NCBI GenBank assembly: GCA_951812825.1
Contig: OX638324.1
Span: forward strand, 4,977 to 68,976
Length of the DNA stretch: 64,000 nucleotides
Reading direction: 5' to 3'
Origin: an uncultured Dehalococcoidia bacterium
GTDB taxonomy: Bacteria; Chloroflexota; Dehalococcoidia; Lucifugimonadales; GCA-2712585
The notes below the pieces were generated by a model. That model saw only the letters and a list, made by a program, of their open reading frames with translations. It was not told the origin of the DNA and made no database searches. The position numbers were made by a program, and so were the translations under genes. Each line of letters starts with the position of its first letter. The stretch's first letter is position 1. Below are positions 46,220 to 54,209 of this stretch, piece after piece.

Positions 46220-46258
46220 GGCCGTTTCGGGAATCGTCCTCCCTCTTGAGGCGCTTGC

Positions 46259-47650
46259 CTACAGGGGCCAGCGTTCCACGCCGCCCGTCGCCTTTTCTAA
46301 GCCGTCAGCGACTTTCAGCAGCGTTGCCTCACCGAAATTAGCTGCGACAAGCTGCAACCCGATGGGCAGACCGTCGGCGGTGAACCCGCAATTCATGGAA
46401 AGGGCTGGGTGCCCGGTTGTGTTCAATGGGCGGGAGAGCCTGGAGGCCAGGTCTCCGATGACCCACTCCCTGCCCGAATGGTCGAATTCGTATTTGCCCA
46501 GAGGTGGTGGCGGCAGGATGGAGGAAGGAGTAGCCAGCACGTCTACATTCTCAAAGGCTGCGTCCAGTTCCTTCCGAATCTTGTTCCGCATCGCATAGGC
46601 TTGTATATAGTCGGCAGCCAGCACCTTGGAACCCCTGTGGATCCTCTGGTAGAGAATGTTCGGAGTCTCCGGCGGGAAGTCCTTCATCACAGGCTGGAAG
46701 TACCCCGCCGTCTCCCCTTCTGAAAGCATGGTGTGGATGTCGTTGGTGCGATGGATGTTGGGCAGGGGCACCTCGATAATCTCGCAGCCCGCTTCGCCAA
46801 GTTGATCAATCGCCCGTCGGACCGTCGCCTCCACCTCGGGATGCAAAAAGTCCCAGAAGTAGTCGGTGGATACGCCCACCCGCACTCCCGCCAGGTCTCC
46901 CGTAAGGGCCTCGGCGTACTCGGGGATTGCGACGTTGGCGCTGAAGGGGTCCCGTGGGTCGAAACCGGCAATGACTTGCAGCATCGTCGCATTGTCTCGG
47001 GCGGTCCTGGTCAGTGGCCCTACGTAGTCGTTGGGGACCCCGTAGAGCGCGGCCCCGAAGCGGCTGACCAGGCCAAAGGTGGGCTTCATGCCCACCAGGC
47101 CGGTGCAGGCCGCGGGGTATCGCACCGACCCGCCGCCGTCGGAGCCAACGGAAGCCAGGCCGCAGCCGGACGACACAGCCGCTGCCGAGCCGCTGCTGGA
47201 GTAGCCCGGCAGCCGGTCCAGATTCCACGGGTTCCGGGTGAGGCCAACTTCCGGCACGGGGAAATACTCGCCGTAGAGGGGGTTGGTCTTGCCGATGATT
47301 ACCGCTCCGGCTTCCCTCAGCCGCTCCACTATGGCCGCGTTGTGGTCGGGGATAAATCCGGAAAGGCTCCGCTGACCGAAGGCCGTCGGCATATCCGTGG
47401 TGTTGAAGATATCCTTCACGGAAATGGGGACGCCGTGGAGGGGCCCGCGATAGCGTCCGTCCAGAATCTCCGCTTCGGCGGCCCTGGCGTCCCTCATCGC
47501 AGGCTCTTCTCCAATGGCAACGTACGCGTTGAGGGTAGGGTTCAGTTTCTTCGTGCGGGCCAGGTGAGCTTCAACGAGCTCCACGGGGGAGACTTCCCTG
47601 CTGCGGATTAGGTCCGCTGCCCTATGTAAAGTTGCTGTATTGAAGTCCAT
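46259..47650 (-). CDS. amidase signature family protein (GatA-like)
   Basis: GVPISVKD, PGYSSSGSAAAV, GSDGGGSVRYPA, GLPIGLQ. Confidence 0.9.
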   Translation of the reverse strand: MDFNTATLHRAADLIRSREVSPVELVEAHLARTKKLNPTLNAYVAIGEEPAMRDARAAEAEILDGRYRGPLHGVPISVKDIFNTTDMPTAFGQRSLSGFIPDHNAAIVERLREAGAVIIGKTNPLYGEYFPVPEVGLTRNPWNLDRLPGYSSSGSAAAVSSGCGLASVGSDGGGSVRYPAACTGLVGMKPTFGLVSRFGAALYGVPNDYVGPLTRTARDNATMLQVIAGFDPRDPFSANVAIPEYAEALTGDLAGVRVGVSTDYFWDFLHPEVEATVRRAIDQLGEAGCEIIEVPLPNIHRTNDIHTMLSEGETAGYFQPVMKDFPPETPNILYQRIHRGSKVLAADYIQAYAMRNKIRKELDAAFENVDVLATPSSILPPPPLGKYEFDHSGREWVIGDLASRLSRPLNTTGHPALSMNCGFTADGLPIGLQLVAANFGEATLLKVADGLEKATGGVERWPL

Positions 47651-47671
47651 TTTTTCTGTGTGAGTGGTGGT

Positions 47672-48262
47672 TCAGGCTTCCAGGAGCTCTTCCACCAACT
47701 CTACCAGCTTTTCCTCGTTAAGCAATCCCGCCCACTTGCGCTGGATCTCGCCCTTGGGAGTGATGAAGAAGGTGGTGGGCATACTGCTGATTTCGTAGTC
47801 CTGAATCACCTGGCCGGACTCCGTGCTGCCGGAGGGATACGTGATCTTCAGCAGATTCAACAGGTGCAAGGCCTGGTCCCCGGTGCCGAGCAGCAGGAAG
47901 GGACCAACGTCCAGCCCGAGGAAGATCACCTCGCCCTGATACTGTTCGGACACCTTCTGAATGTCGGGCATTTCGGCCCGGCATGGCGGACAGAGGGCTG
48001 CCCAGAAGTTGAGCACCACCGGCTTCTCGTGCTCCAGAATCTGCTTGAAGCTGATGGAGGAGCCACCCAGGAGTTCTTCGCCTCGGTATAGGTCAATGGG
48101 GAAGTCCTTGGCCAAATCTTCCGCAGCGATGGTCTGGGAAGCTGCCGTCTCCCCTTCGCCTTCCTGGCTCGGACGCACGCCACATGCCGCCAGGAGAAGA
48201 ACGCCCGTCGCCGCAAGAATCAGCAGAACCGGGAGTGCGCGCTTTACGGAAACGGGAATCAT
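47672..48262 (-). CDS. TlpA/ResA-like redoxin lipoprotein
   Basis: Lipobox LAAC; VVLNFWAALCPPCRAEMP, MPTTFFI; TGATG coupling to the upstream deaminase. Confidence 0.85.
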   Translation of the reverse strand: MIPVSVKRALPVLLILAATGVLLLAACGVRPSQEGEGETAASQTIAAEDLAKDFPIDLYRGEELLGGSSISFKQILEHEKPVVLNFWAALCPPCRAEMPDIQKVSEQYQGEVIFLGLDVGPFLLLGTGDQALHLLNLLKITYPSGSTESGQVIQDYEISSMPTTFFITPKGEIQRKWAGLLNEEKLVELVEELLEA

Positions 48263-48729
48263 CAGACCTCTCCTCTGGCCTGCCTTGCCCAATAGTCCCA
48301 GCGCATAGCTTCGCACTCCGCCGTAAGCACCCCGCGGATGACCTCGATGTCGCTGCGGTTAACCAGGGTGAAGGCCTTTTCCACGCTGTAGTCGCCAAAG
48401 CCTCCGTTGTGCTTGCTGTAGTTGCCGCCAAGCACAACCCGCGCGATTCCTGCCGAAACCATGGCTCCGGCGCACATTATGCATGGCTCGCCAGTGCTGT
48501 AGAGGGTGCAGCCGCTGAGGTCGGTGTGCCCCTGAGCGGGTCCGGCGTTCTTCATGGCCGCAATTTCTGCGTGGGCCGTCATGTCCAGGTCCCGCTTGGC
48601 CGTGTTGCACCCTGTGGCGACAACTTCCCCGTCGCGTACGATCACCGAGCCGACGAGGGCCTCGCCTTCCTTCTCGTGGGTGTGGGCCACCTTCAAGGCC
48701 AGCCTCATGAACTTTTCGTGTTCACTCAT
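48262..48729 (-). CDS. zinc-dependent nucleoside deaminase (TadA/guanine deaminase-like), paralog 2
   Basis: TAHAE, LYSTGEPCIMC. Confidence 0.88.
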   Translation of the reverse strand: MSEHEKFMRLALKVAHTHEKEGEALVGSVIVRDGEVVATGCNTAKRDLDMTAHAEIAAMKNAGPAQGHTDLSGCTLYSTGEPCIMCAGAMVSAGIARVVLGGNYSKHNGGFGDYSVEKAFTLVNRSDIEVIRGVLTAECEAMRWDYWARQARGEV

Positions 48730-48770
48730 GGTGGTTCACTTCCTTATACGCTTGGATGAGTCGGAAGGAT

Positions 48771-49244
48771 TCAGCCTTTGGCCTCTCGCTTCATGCGTAC
48801 CTTATAGTTCCAGCTGATGGCCTCGCACTCGTCCACCAGAACCCCCCGGATGACCTTGATGCTACCTCGCTCGACCATTTCAAAGGCCTTGTCAACGGTG
48901 TAGTCGCCGTAGGAGCCGTAGTTGGGGTTGTAGCTGGTGGCCAGAACCAGGGTATCTATGCCAGCGAAGACGATGGCCCCTGCGCACATCATGCAGGGTT
49001 CCGCGGTGGTGTAAAGGGTACAGCCGCTGAAGTCGGTGTGGCCCAGAGCGGGTCCGGCGTTGCGAAGGGCGTCGGTCTCTGCGTGGGAGGTTACGTCCAG
49101 GTCGCTGATGGCCTTGTTGTATCCCCCGGCAATGACGACGCCGTCCTTGACGATGACGCTGCCAACGGGCCCGTTGCCCTTGGCCTCACCCTTGCGGGCC
49201 TCCTCCAGGGCAATTTCCATAAATCTCTCATGGTCTGCGGACAT
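48771..49244 (-). CDS. zinc-dependent nucleoside deaminase (TadA/guanine deaminase-like), paralog 1
   Basis: TSHAE, LYTTAEPCMMC. Confidence 0.88.
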   Translation of the reverse strand: MSADHERFMEIALEEARKGEAKGNGPVGSVIVKDGVVIAGGYNKAISDLDVTSHAETDALRNAGPALGHTDFSGCTLYTTAEPCMMCAGAIVFAGIDTLVLATSYNPNYGSYGDYTVDKAFEMVERGSIKVIRGVLVDECEAISWNYKVRMKREAKG

Positions 49245-49288
49245 AAGCGCCTCCTATTGACTATTACGTATGGCGTGGGGCTTGCCGA

Positions 49289-50200
49289 TTACTCGTCTTC
49301 GACGAAGGTCGGCTGGGGCGTCCGAATCACGCCGGCGGCCTGCGCAGCTCCAATGAGGTCCGACTTCTCTTCGGCGGAGAGGGAGGGGATGGGAAGCCGC
49401 GGGTCGCCGCAATCCTGCCCGAACACGACACTGGACAGCGCCTTACAGGTTGCCTGCATTCCGTAGCGCGCCGCCAGGTCGATAAGGACGTTCGCCCTGC
49501 ACTGGAATTCCTGGGCTCCGGTTATGTCGCCGCGCTGGTAGGCACGGTAGGCGCCCACCCAGAGTTCGGGCTCAACGGTCAGCGGGCCGTCCACCACTCC
49601 CACGGCGCCCGTCATCAGCGCTGAAAGGAAGAGAGAGCCACTGCCGGTGAACACGGCCAGGCCCATGTCCCTGAAGCGGCGGATGTTGTTGAAATCGGGC
49701 GCGGAGTGCTTCACCCCGGCGACCATGGGAACGTCCCGCACCACCTTCTCCATTAGGGGAGCGGTGAACTCCACGCCGGTGTATTTGGGCTGGTTGTAGA
49801 TGAAGAGAGGCAGACCGGAAGCGTCCACGACGGCACGGTAGTGGTCGATGATGGCCTGGTCGGTAGGGTGATAGAAGAAGGGGGGCACGCAGGCAATGGC
49901 ATCGGCTCCGGCCTCTCCCGCTGCGCGGGCCATGCGGGCGGAGCTTCCTGTGGTCAGCGCGCCCACGTGAACAATAGAAGCCGCACGGCCTCTGCATAGC
50001 TCCGCAGAAATCTGCGCGATGCGTATGTTTTCCTCTTCCGTCAGCAGCACGCTTTCGCCCGTGCCGCCGCTGATCCAGAAACCGTCTACGCCCGACTGGA
50101 TGTTGGACTCCATGACGTGACGGAAAACGGCTTCGTTGAACTCCCCGTCGGCGTCGAAGGGGGTTATTATGGCGGCAACCACGCCCTTGAATTCTGTCAT
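49289..50200 (-). CDS. DapA/NanA-family aldolase/lyase
   Basis: GGTGE, PPFF, IYNQP, VAGVKHS (Schiff-base Lys). Confidence 0.88.
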   Translation of the reverse strand: MTEFKGVVAAIITPFDADGEFNEAVFRHVMESNIQSGVDGFWISGGTGESVLLTEEENIRIAQISAELCRGRAASIVHVGALTTGSSARMARAAGEAGADAIACVPPFFYHPTDQAIIDHYRAVVDASGLPLFIYNQPKYTGVEFTAPLMEKVVRDVPMVAGVKHSAPDFNNIRRFRDMGLAVFTGSGSLFLSALMTGAVGVVDGPLTVEPELWVGAYRAYQRGDITGAQEFQCRANVLIDLAARYGMQATCKALSSVVFGQDCGDPRLPIPSLSAEEKSDLIGAAQAAGVIRTPQPTFVEDE

Positions 50201-52302
50201 ATTACATCTCCCTTTCCTGTGTCGATTACAAGCTCGCCCATGGAACCCACGGTGGCCATGTGGCCCGGCAGGATGGTGACGGACGAGTCGAACTGGCAGA
50301 CCATTGCCGGGCCTCGGATTACGTTATCTCGCAGCAGCTTCACCCTATCATAATGGGGGCATTCAAGCCACCCGCTGCTCTTAAAGAACACCCGTCGACG
50401 GCCAATGAAGGCGTCGGAAGGGTTGGGGCCGCCGCTGGGGAGTTGAGCGCGTTGGGGTTTGGGCACCAGACCGGAGGCGCGGCACTTGACGTTGACCACT
50501 TCTACCGGCGCGTTCGGGTCGGAATGTCCGTAGCTTTGCAGATGCATGTTGTGGAAGGCCTTGAGGACGCCATCCAACTCAGCCTTGCTTTGAAGGTCGC
50601 CATTGACCGGGACTTCAAGCTCAAAATTTTGACGAACGTACCGCATCTCCAGGAACCGCTCCACAACCTGGTTCTCCGGGGTGAAGCCTTCTTCCGATAG
50701 GGTCTCGTTACACTGTTCCGTCTGTGCCGCCAGACTCTCCCGGATGGCGGGTAGACTAGCTGCGTCAGCAGGAAGGAAACGAGTGGTGGAGGCGACGGTC
50801 TGTACGTCGCTGATAACGAGGCCCATGGCTGAGAACAGCCCCGGGTCTGGCGGGACGACGATGCGTTCAACGCCCAACTCCTCTGCCAGGTCGCCCGCGT
50901 GAAGGGGCCCGGCGCCTCCGTGGGCCATGAGGACGAACCTCCGTGGGTCGAATCCGCGGCTGACGGAGACCACGCGCAGGATTCGCACCATGTTGGCGTT
51001 CACCACGTCGAGGATGCCCTGGGCAGCCTCCGAGGCGGACATGCCCAGCGGCCCGCCAATCTTCTCCTCTATGGCGCGTTGGGCCAACTCCGGCTGGATC
51101 TTCATGCGGCCGCCTAGGAAGAAGTCCGGGCTGATTCTACCCAGGACCACGTTGGCGTCGGTGACCGTTGGCTCCGTGCCGCCGGCGCCGTAGCAGGCGG
51201 GGCCTGGGTCCGCGCCCGCGCTGGCGGGGCCAACCTTCAGTAGGCCGGCCACGTCCACCTGGGCGATGCTGCCGCCACCGGCGCTGCACTCAACCAGGTC
51301 AATGGAGGGCGTTCTGACGGGCATGCCGGTAATTCGGATGCCGTAGAACCCGGTGGCATCCTTGCCTATCTCCAGCATGCTGACGATGGAGGGTTTGCCG
51401 CCCTGAATAAGGCTGGCCTTGGCGGTTGTACCTCCCATGTCGAAGGAGATGATATTGGACATGTCGAGATGCTGGCCCAGGTCCACCGAAGCTAAAACTC
51501 CGGCTGCCGGGCCGGATTCCAGGGTATAGTGTGGTCGTCGCATCTCAACTTCTGCGCTGGCCATGCCGCCCGAGGACTGCATTATGTAGAGTTGAGGTGG
51601 TGCTTTTAGCTCATTCGATAGGCTCCGCTGAAGCTCGTCCACGTACCGTTGGAAGCTGGGGCCGATATATGCGACCGTTGCTACTGTGCTGGAGCGTTCG
51701 AACTCCCGGAACTCCGGCGAAAGCTCAGAGGATATGGCCAGATATACGTCCGGGAGGGTCTCTTCCAGTATCTCCTTCACGCGGGACTCGTGATCGGCGT
51801 TGGCGTAGGAATTGAGCAGGCAGACGGCCACGGCTTCCACTGCCTGAACCCTGAAGACTTCAGCGCATCGGCGTACGTCTTCTTCGCAAAGAGGCAGGAC
51901 GACTTCACCCCGGTTGTCCACCCGCTCCGCTACTTCCAGACGCAGGTGTCGGGGCGCCAGAGGCTCCGGACGGTCAACGTCCCACCGATAGAAGTGGGGA
52001 CGAGTCTGGCGTCCTATAGCAAGAACGTCTCGGAATCCTTTGGTGGTGACGAGGCCAATCTTTGCGCCGGTGCGGGAGAGGACGGTGTTGGTGTTTACGG
52101 TGGTGCCGTGGGCCATGAGCCACAGGCCGGAGAGGCCGCGTGGAGCTGCACCAAAGTGTTTGACCCCCGCCATGACGGAGCGCGATGGGTCTTCCGGCGT
52201 GGAGGGAGTCTTGAAGGTGAAAATCCGGCCGGAGTCTTCGTCGAAGAGTATGTGGTCGGTGAAGGTACCGCCCACATCGACGCCCAAGCGGAGTCGGGTC
52301 AT
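50197..52302 (-). CDS. hydantoinase A/5-oxoprolinase subunit
   Basis: GVDVGGTFTD, HGTTV.TN, ESGPAAG, DMGGTT, AGGGSIA, PTVTDA. Confidence 0.92.
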   Translation of the reverse strand: MTRLRLGVDVGGTFTDHILFDEDSGRIFTFKTPSTPEDPSRSVMAGVKHFGAAPRGLSGLWLMAHGTTVNTNTVLSRTGAKIGLVTTKGFRDVLAIGRQTRPHFYRWDVDRPEPLAPRHLRLEVAERVDNRGEVVLPLCEEDVRRCAEVFRVQAVEAVAVCLLNSYANADHESRVKEILEETLPDVYLAISSELSPEFREFERSSTVATVAYIGPSFQRYVDELQRSLSNELKAPPQLYIMQSSGGMASAEVEMRRPHYTLESGPAAGVLASVDLGQHLDMSNIISFDMGGTTAKASLIQGGKPSIVSMLEIGKDATGFYGIRITGMPVRTPSIDLVECSAGGGSIAQVDVAGLLKVGPASAGADPGPACYGAGGTEPTVTDANVVLGRISPDFFLGGRMKIQPELAQRAIEEKIGGPLGMSASEAAQGILDVVNANMVRILRVVSVSRGFDPRRFVLMAHGGAGPLHAGDLAEELGVERIVVPPDPGLFSAMGLVISDVQTVASTTRFLPADAASLPAIRESLAAQTEQCNETLSEEGFTPENQVVERFLEMRYVRQNFELEVPVNGDLQSKAELDGVLKAFHNMHLQSYGHSDPNAPVEVVNVKCRASGLVPKPQRAQLPSGGPNPSDAFIGRRRVFFKSSGWLECPHYDRVKLLRDNVIRGPAMVCQFDSSVTILPGHMATVGSMGELVIDTGKGDVI

Positions 52303-52356
52303 TCGCGGGCCTGACCTTCGTCGATGACGATTTCGAATATGGCAGAGCGCGCAGGG

Positions 52357-54093
52357 CTAGGCATTGCTGCGCATCTCCTGGCGGAGGTCTGCCGTGGCCT
52401 CGGAGTCAACCTTCAGGCTTTCGGGGTCCACCACCACACCGTAGTCACGCCTCGCCGCTTCTATGGACACCAGGCCATCGGTCACGTCCTGCGCCACCAG
52501 GGCTGGGTCGCGCTCCAGGGGGCTGCCGTAGCCACCGCCGCCGCCAGCGAATATGGTGACGACGTCGTCGGGGCCGACGGGTACGAAAGTTGCTTCCCTA
52601 TGGAGGGTTTCGGCGATGTCGGAGTCAGGATTGCGGACGATGCGAGTCAGTGTCCCGTCCCGTCCTTCCAGCAGTCCGGGGCCGGGAATCCTGTGGCGGT
52701 TGGAGTGGACGCCTACGTAGGAGTCCACCATCATACGCCAGTCCTTCCGAATGCCGACGCCGCCGCGAAAGCGTCCGGGTCCGCCGGAGTCGGGTATATA
52801 TTCCAGCCTGTCGGCCATCATGGGAAATTCCTGCTCCATGGCCTCGATGGGAAGGTTGGAGGTTATGTGGACGCCGTTCACGCCGTCCTTGTCGGGCCGC
52901 GCTCCACCGCCACCGCCGACAGTCTCGTAGTAGATGAAGGAGTTGGGCGGTTGGGCGCTGAAGCCCATGCCGTGGGTGCCGTGGCCGCCTGCCTCGATAC
53001 CCTTCTTCACTGCACCGGAGAGGGCGAGAAAGAGGGAGTCCGGTATCTGGGAGGCTACCTCGTAACGGGCGCCCAGGGGCGAAGGGTCCTTGCAGTTCAC
53101 CAGGCAGCCGTCCGGGGCGACCACCTCTATAGCGCGTTCGAAGCCGGCGTTGGGCTGCACTTCCGGGTCGAGGATGGACCGGAGCACCCAGAAGACGACG
53201 GTTACGGTGCCATGGTAGGGCATGTTGATGCCAAACTTTGCCGGGCCGCCCGTGCCGGCGTAGTCCACTTTGATGGACGGCTTCGGCTTGTGACGAACGG
53301 ATACCTTCACCCGGATGGGGATGGGCTCGTCGCTGTCCATGTCGTCGTCCAGGTGGTCGAGGGCCTCGTAGTCGCCTTCGGCCAGAGACAGAATTCCGTG
53401 GCGGGCCTTGACCTCCGCCACGTCCAAAAGCTGGTCCAGCGCATCGGTGAGGATATAAACGTCATATTGGGCGGCCAGCTCCTTCATCCGACGGGCGCCC
53501 AGCATGAGGGAGCCCATGTGGGCGCGAATGTCCCCTTCCCGGTTGTGGGGGTCACGAACGTTGAGCAGCACAATGTCCAGGATGTCCTGCTGGACCTCGC
53601 CGGCCTTCTGGAGGCGCACCGTGGGAATGCGCAGACCCTCCTGGTAGATCTCGGTAGCATCGCCGAGGGCTGCCTGGCCTGGGGCCTTCCCGCCCACGTC
53701 CGGCCAGTGGCCGGTGTTGGCGACGAAGGCGACAAGCTCTCCCTGGTGGAATACTGGGGTGACGAAGGTCACGTCGGCGAGATGGGAAGGGCCGCCGCTG
53801 TACGGGTCGTTTACGATGAAGACATCGCCTTCGTGCAGAGTCTCGTTCGGGTGGCGACGGAGCAGGGCTTCGCCGGTAAACATGAAGGAACTGAGGTGCA
53901 TCGGAAGGCTCATGTCGCTGATGCACACGACGCGACCCTGGGCGTCCATGATTACGGAAGAGCAGTCCTGCCGTTCCTTGATGTTGGTGGAGTAGGCGGA
54001 CTTGATGAGGCCGACCAGGATTTCGTCAGCAATGGAAGCCAGACTGTTGCCGATTATCTCAACGGTAATGGGGTTAAGTCTGGACTGGGACAA
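52357..54093 (-). CDS. hydantoinase B/5-oxoprolinase subunit
   Basis: AYSTNIKE..D.S, NDPY.GG.SH..D, H..DVGG, EGLRIP, NLPIE..E, SGGPGRFRGG. Confidence 0.92.
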   Translation of the reverse strand: MSQSRLNPITVEIIGNSLASIADEILVGLIKSAYSTNIKERQDCSSVIMDAQGRVVCISDMSLPMHLSSFMFTGEALLRRHPNETLHEGDVFIVNDPYSGGPSHLADVTFVTPVFHQGELVAFVANTGHWPDVGGKAPGQAALGDATEIYQEGLRIPTVRLQKAGEVQQDILDIVLLNVRDPHNREGDIRAHMGSLMLGARRMKELAAQYDVYILTDALDQLLDVAEVKARHGILSLAEGDYEALDHLDDDMDSDEPIPIRVKVSVRHKPKPSIKVDYAGTGGPAKFGINMPYHGTVTVVFWVLRSILDPEVQPNAGFERAIEVVAPDGCLVNCKDPSPLGARYEVASQIPDSLFLALSGAVKKGIEAGGHGTHGMGFSAQPPNSFIYYETVGGGGGARPDKDGVNGVHITSNLPIEAMEQEFPMMADRLEYIPDSGGPGRFRGGVGIRKDWRMMVDSYVGVHSNRHRIPGPGLLEGRDGTLTRIVRNPDSDIAETLHREATFVPVGPDDVVTIFAGGGGGYGSPLERDPALVAQDVTDGLVSIEAARRDYGVVVDPESLKVDSEATADLRQEMRSNA

Positions 54094-54150
54094 TGCGGGC
54101 TTTCAGGCGTGCAGCAACGGCGTAGAAATGGGGGTCTCGAACCGCACTAA

Positions 54151-54179
54151 AGGATAGGCCAGCCCCAAACGGGTGTCAA
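54151..54179 (-). promoter_or_regulatory. sigma70 promoter TTGACA-17-TATCCT for the hydantoinase operon
   Basis: -35 at 54174-54179, -10 at 54151-54156. Confidence 0.6.
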
Positions 54180-54209
54180 CACGAGTGGTTCCTGCAACGG
54201 CCGGATCCG

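Noticed and set aside
48262-49244. tadA gene symbol
   Set aside because: The TadA tRNA-binding signatures are missing and the context is catabolic
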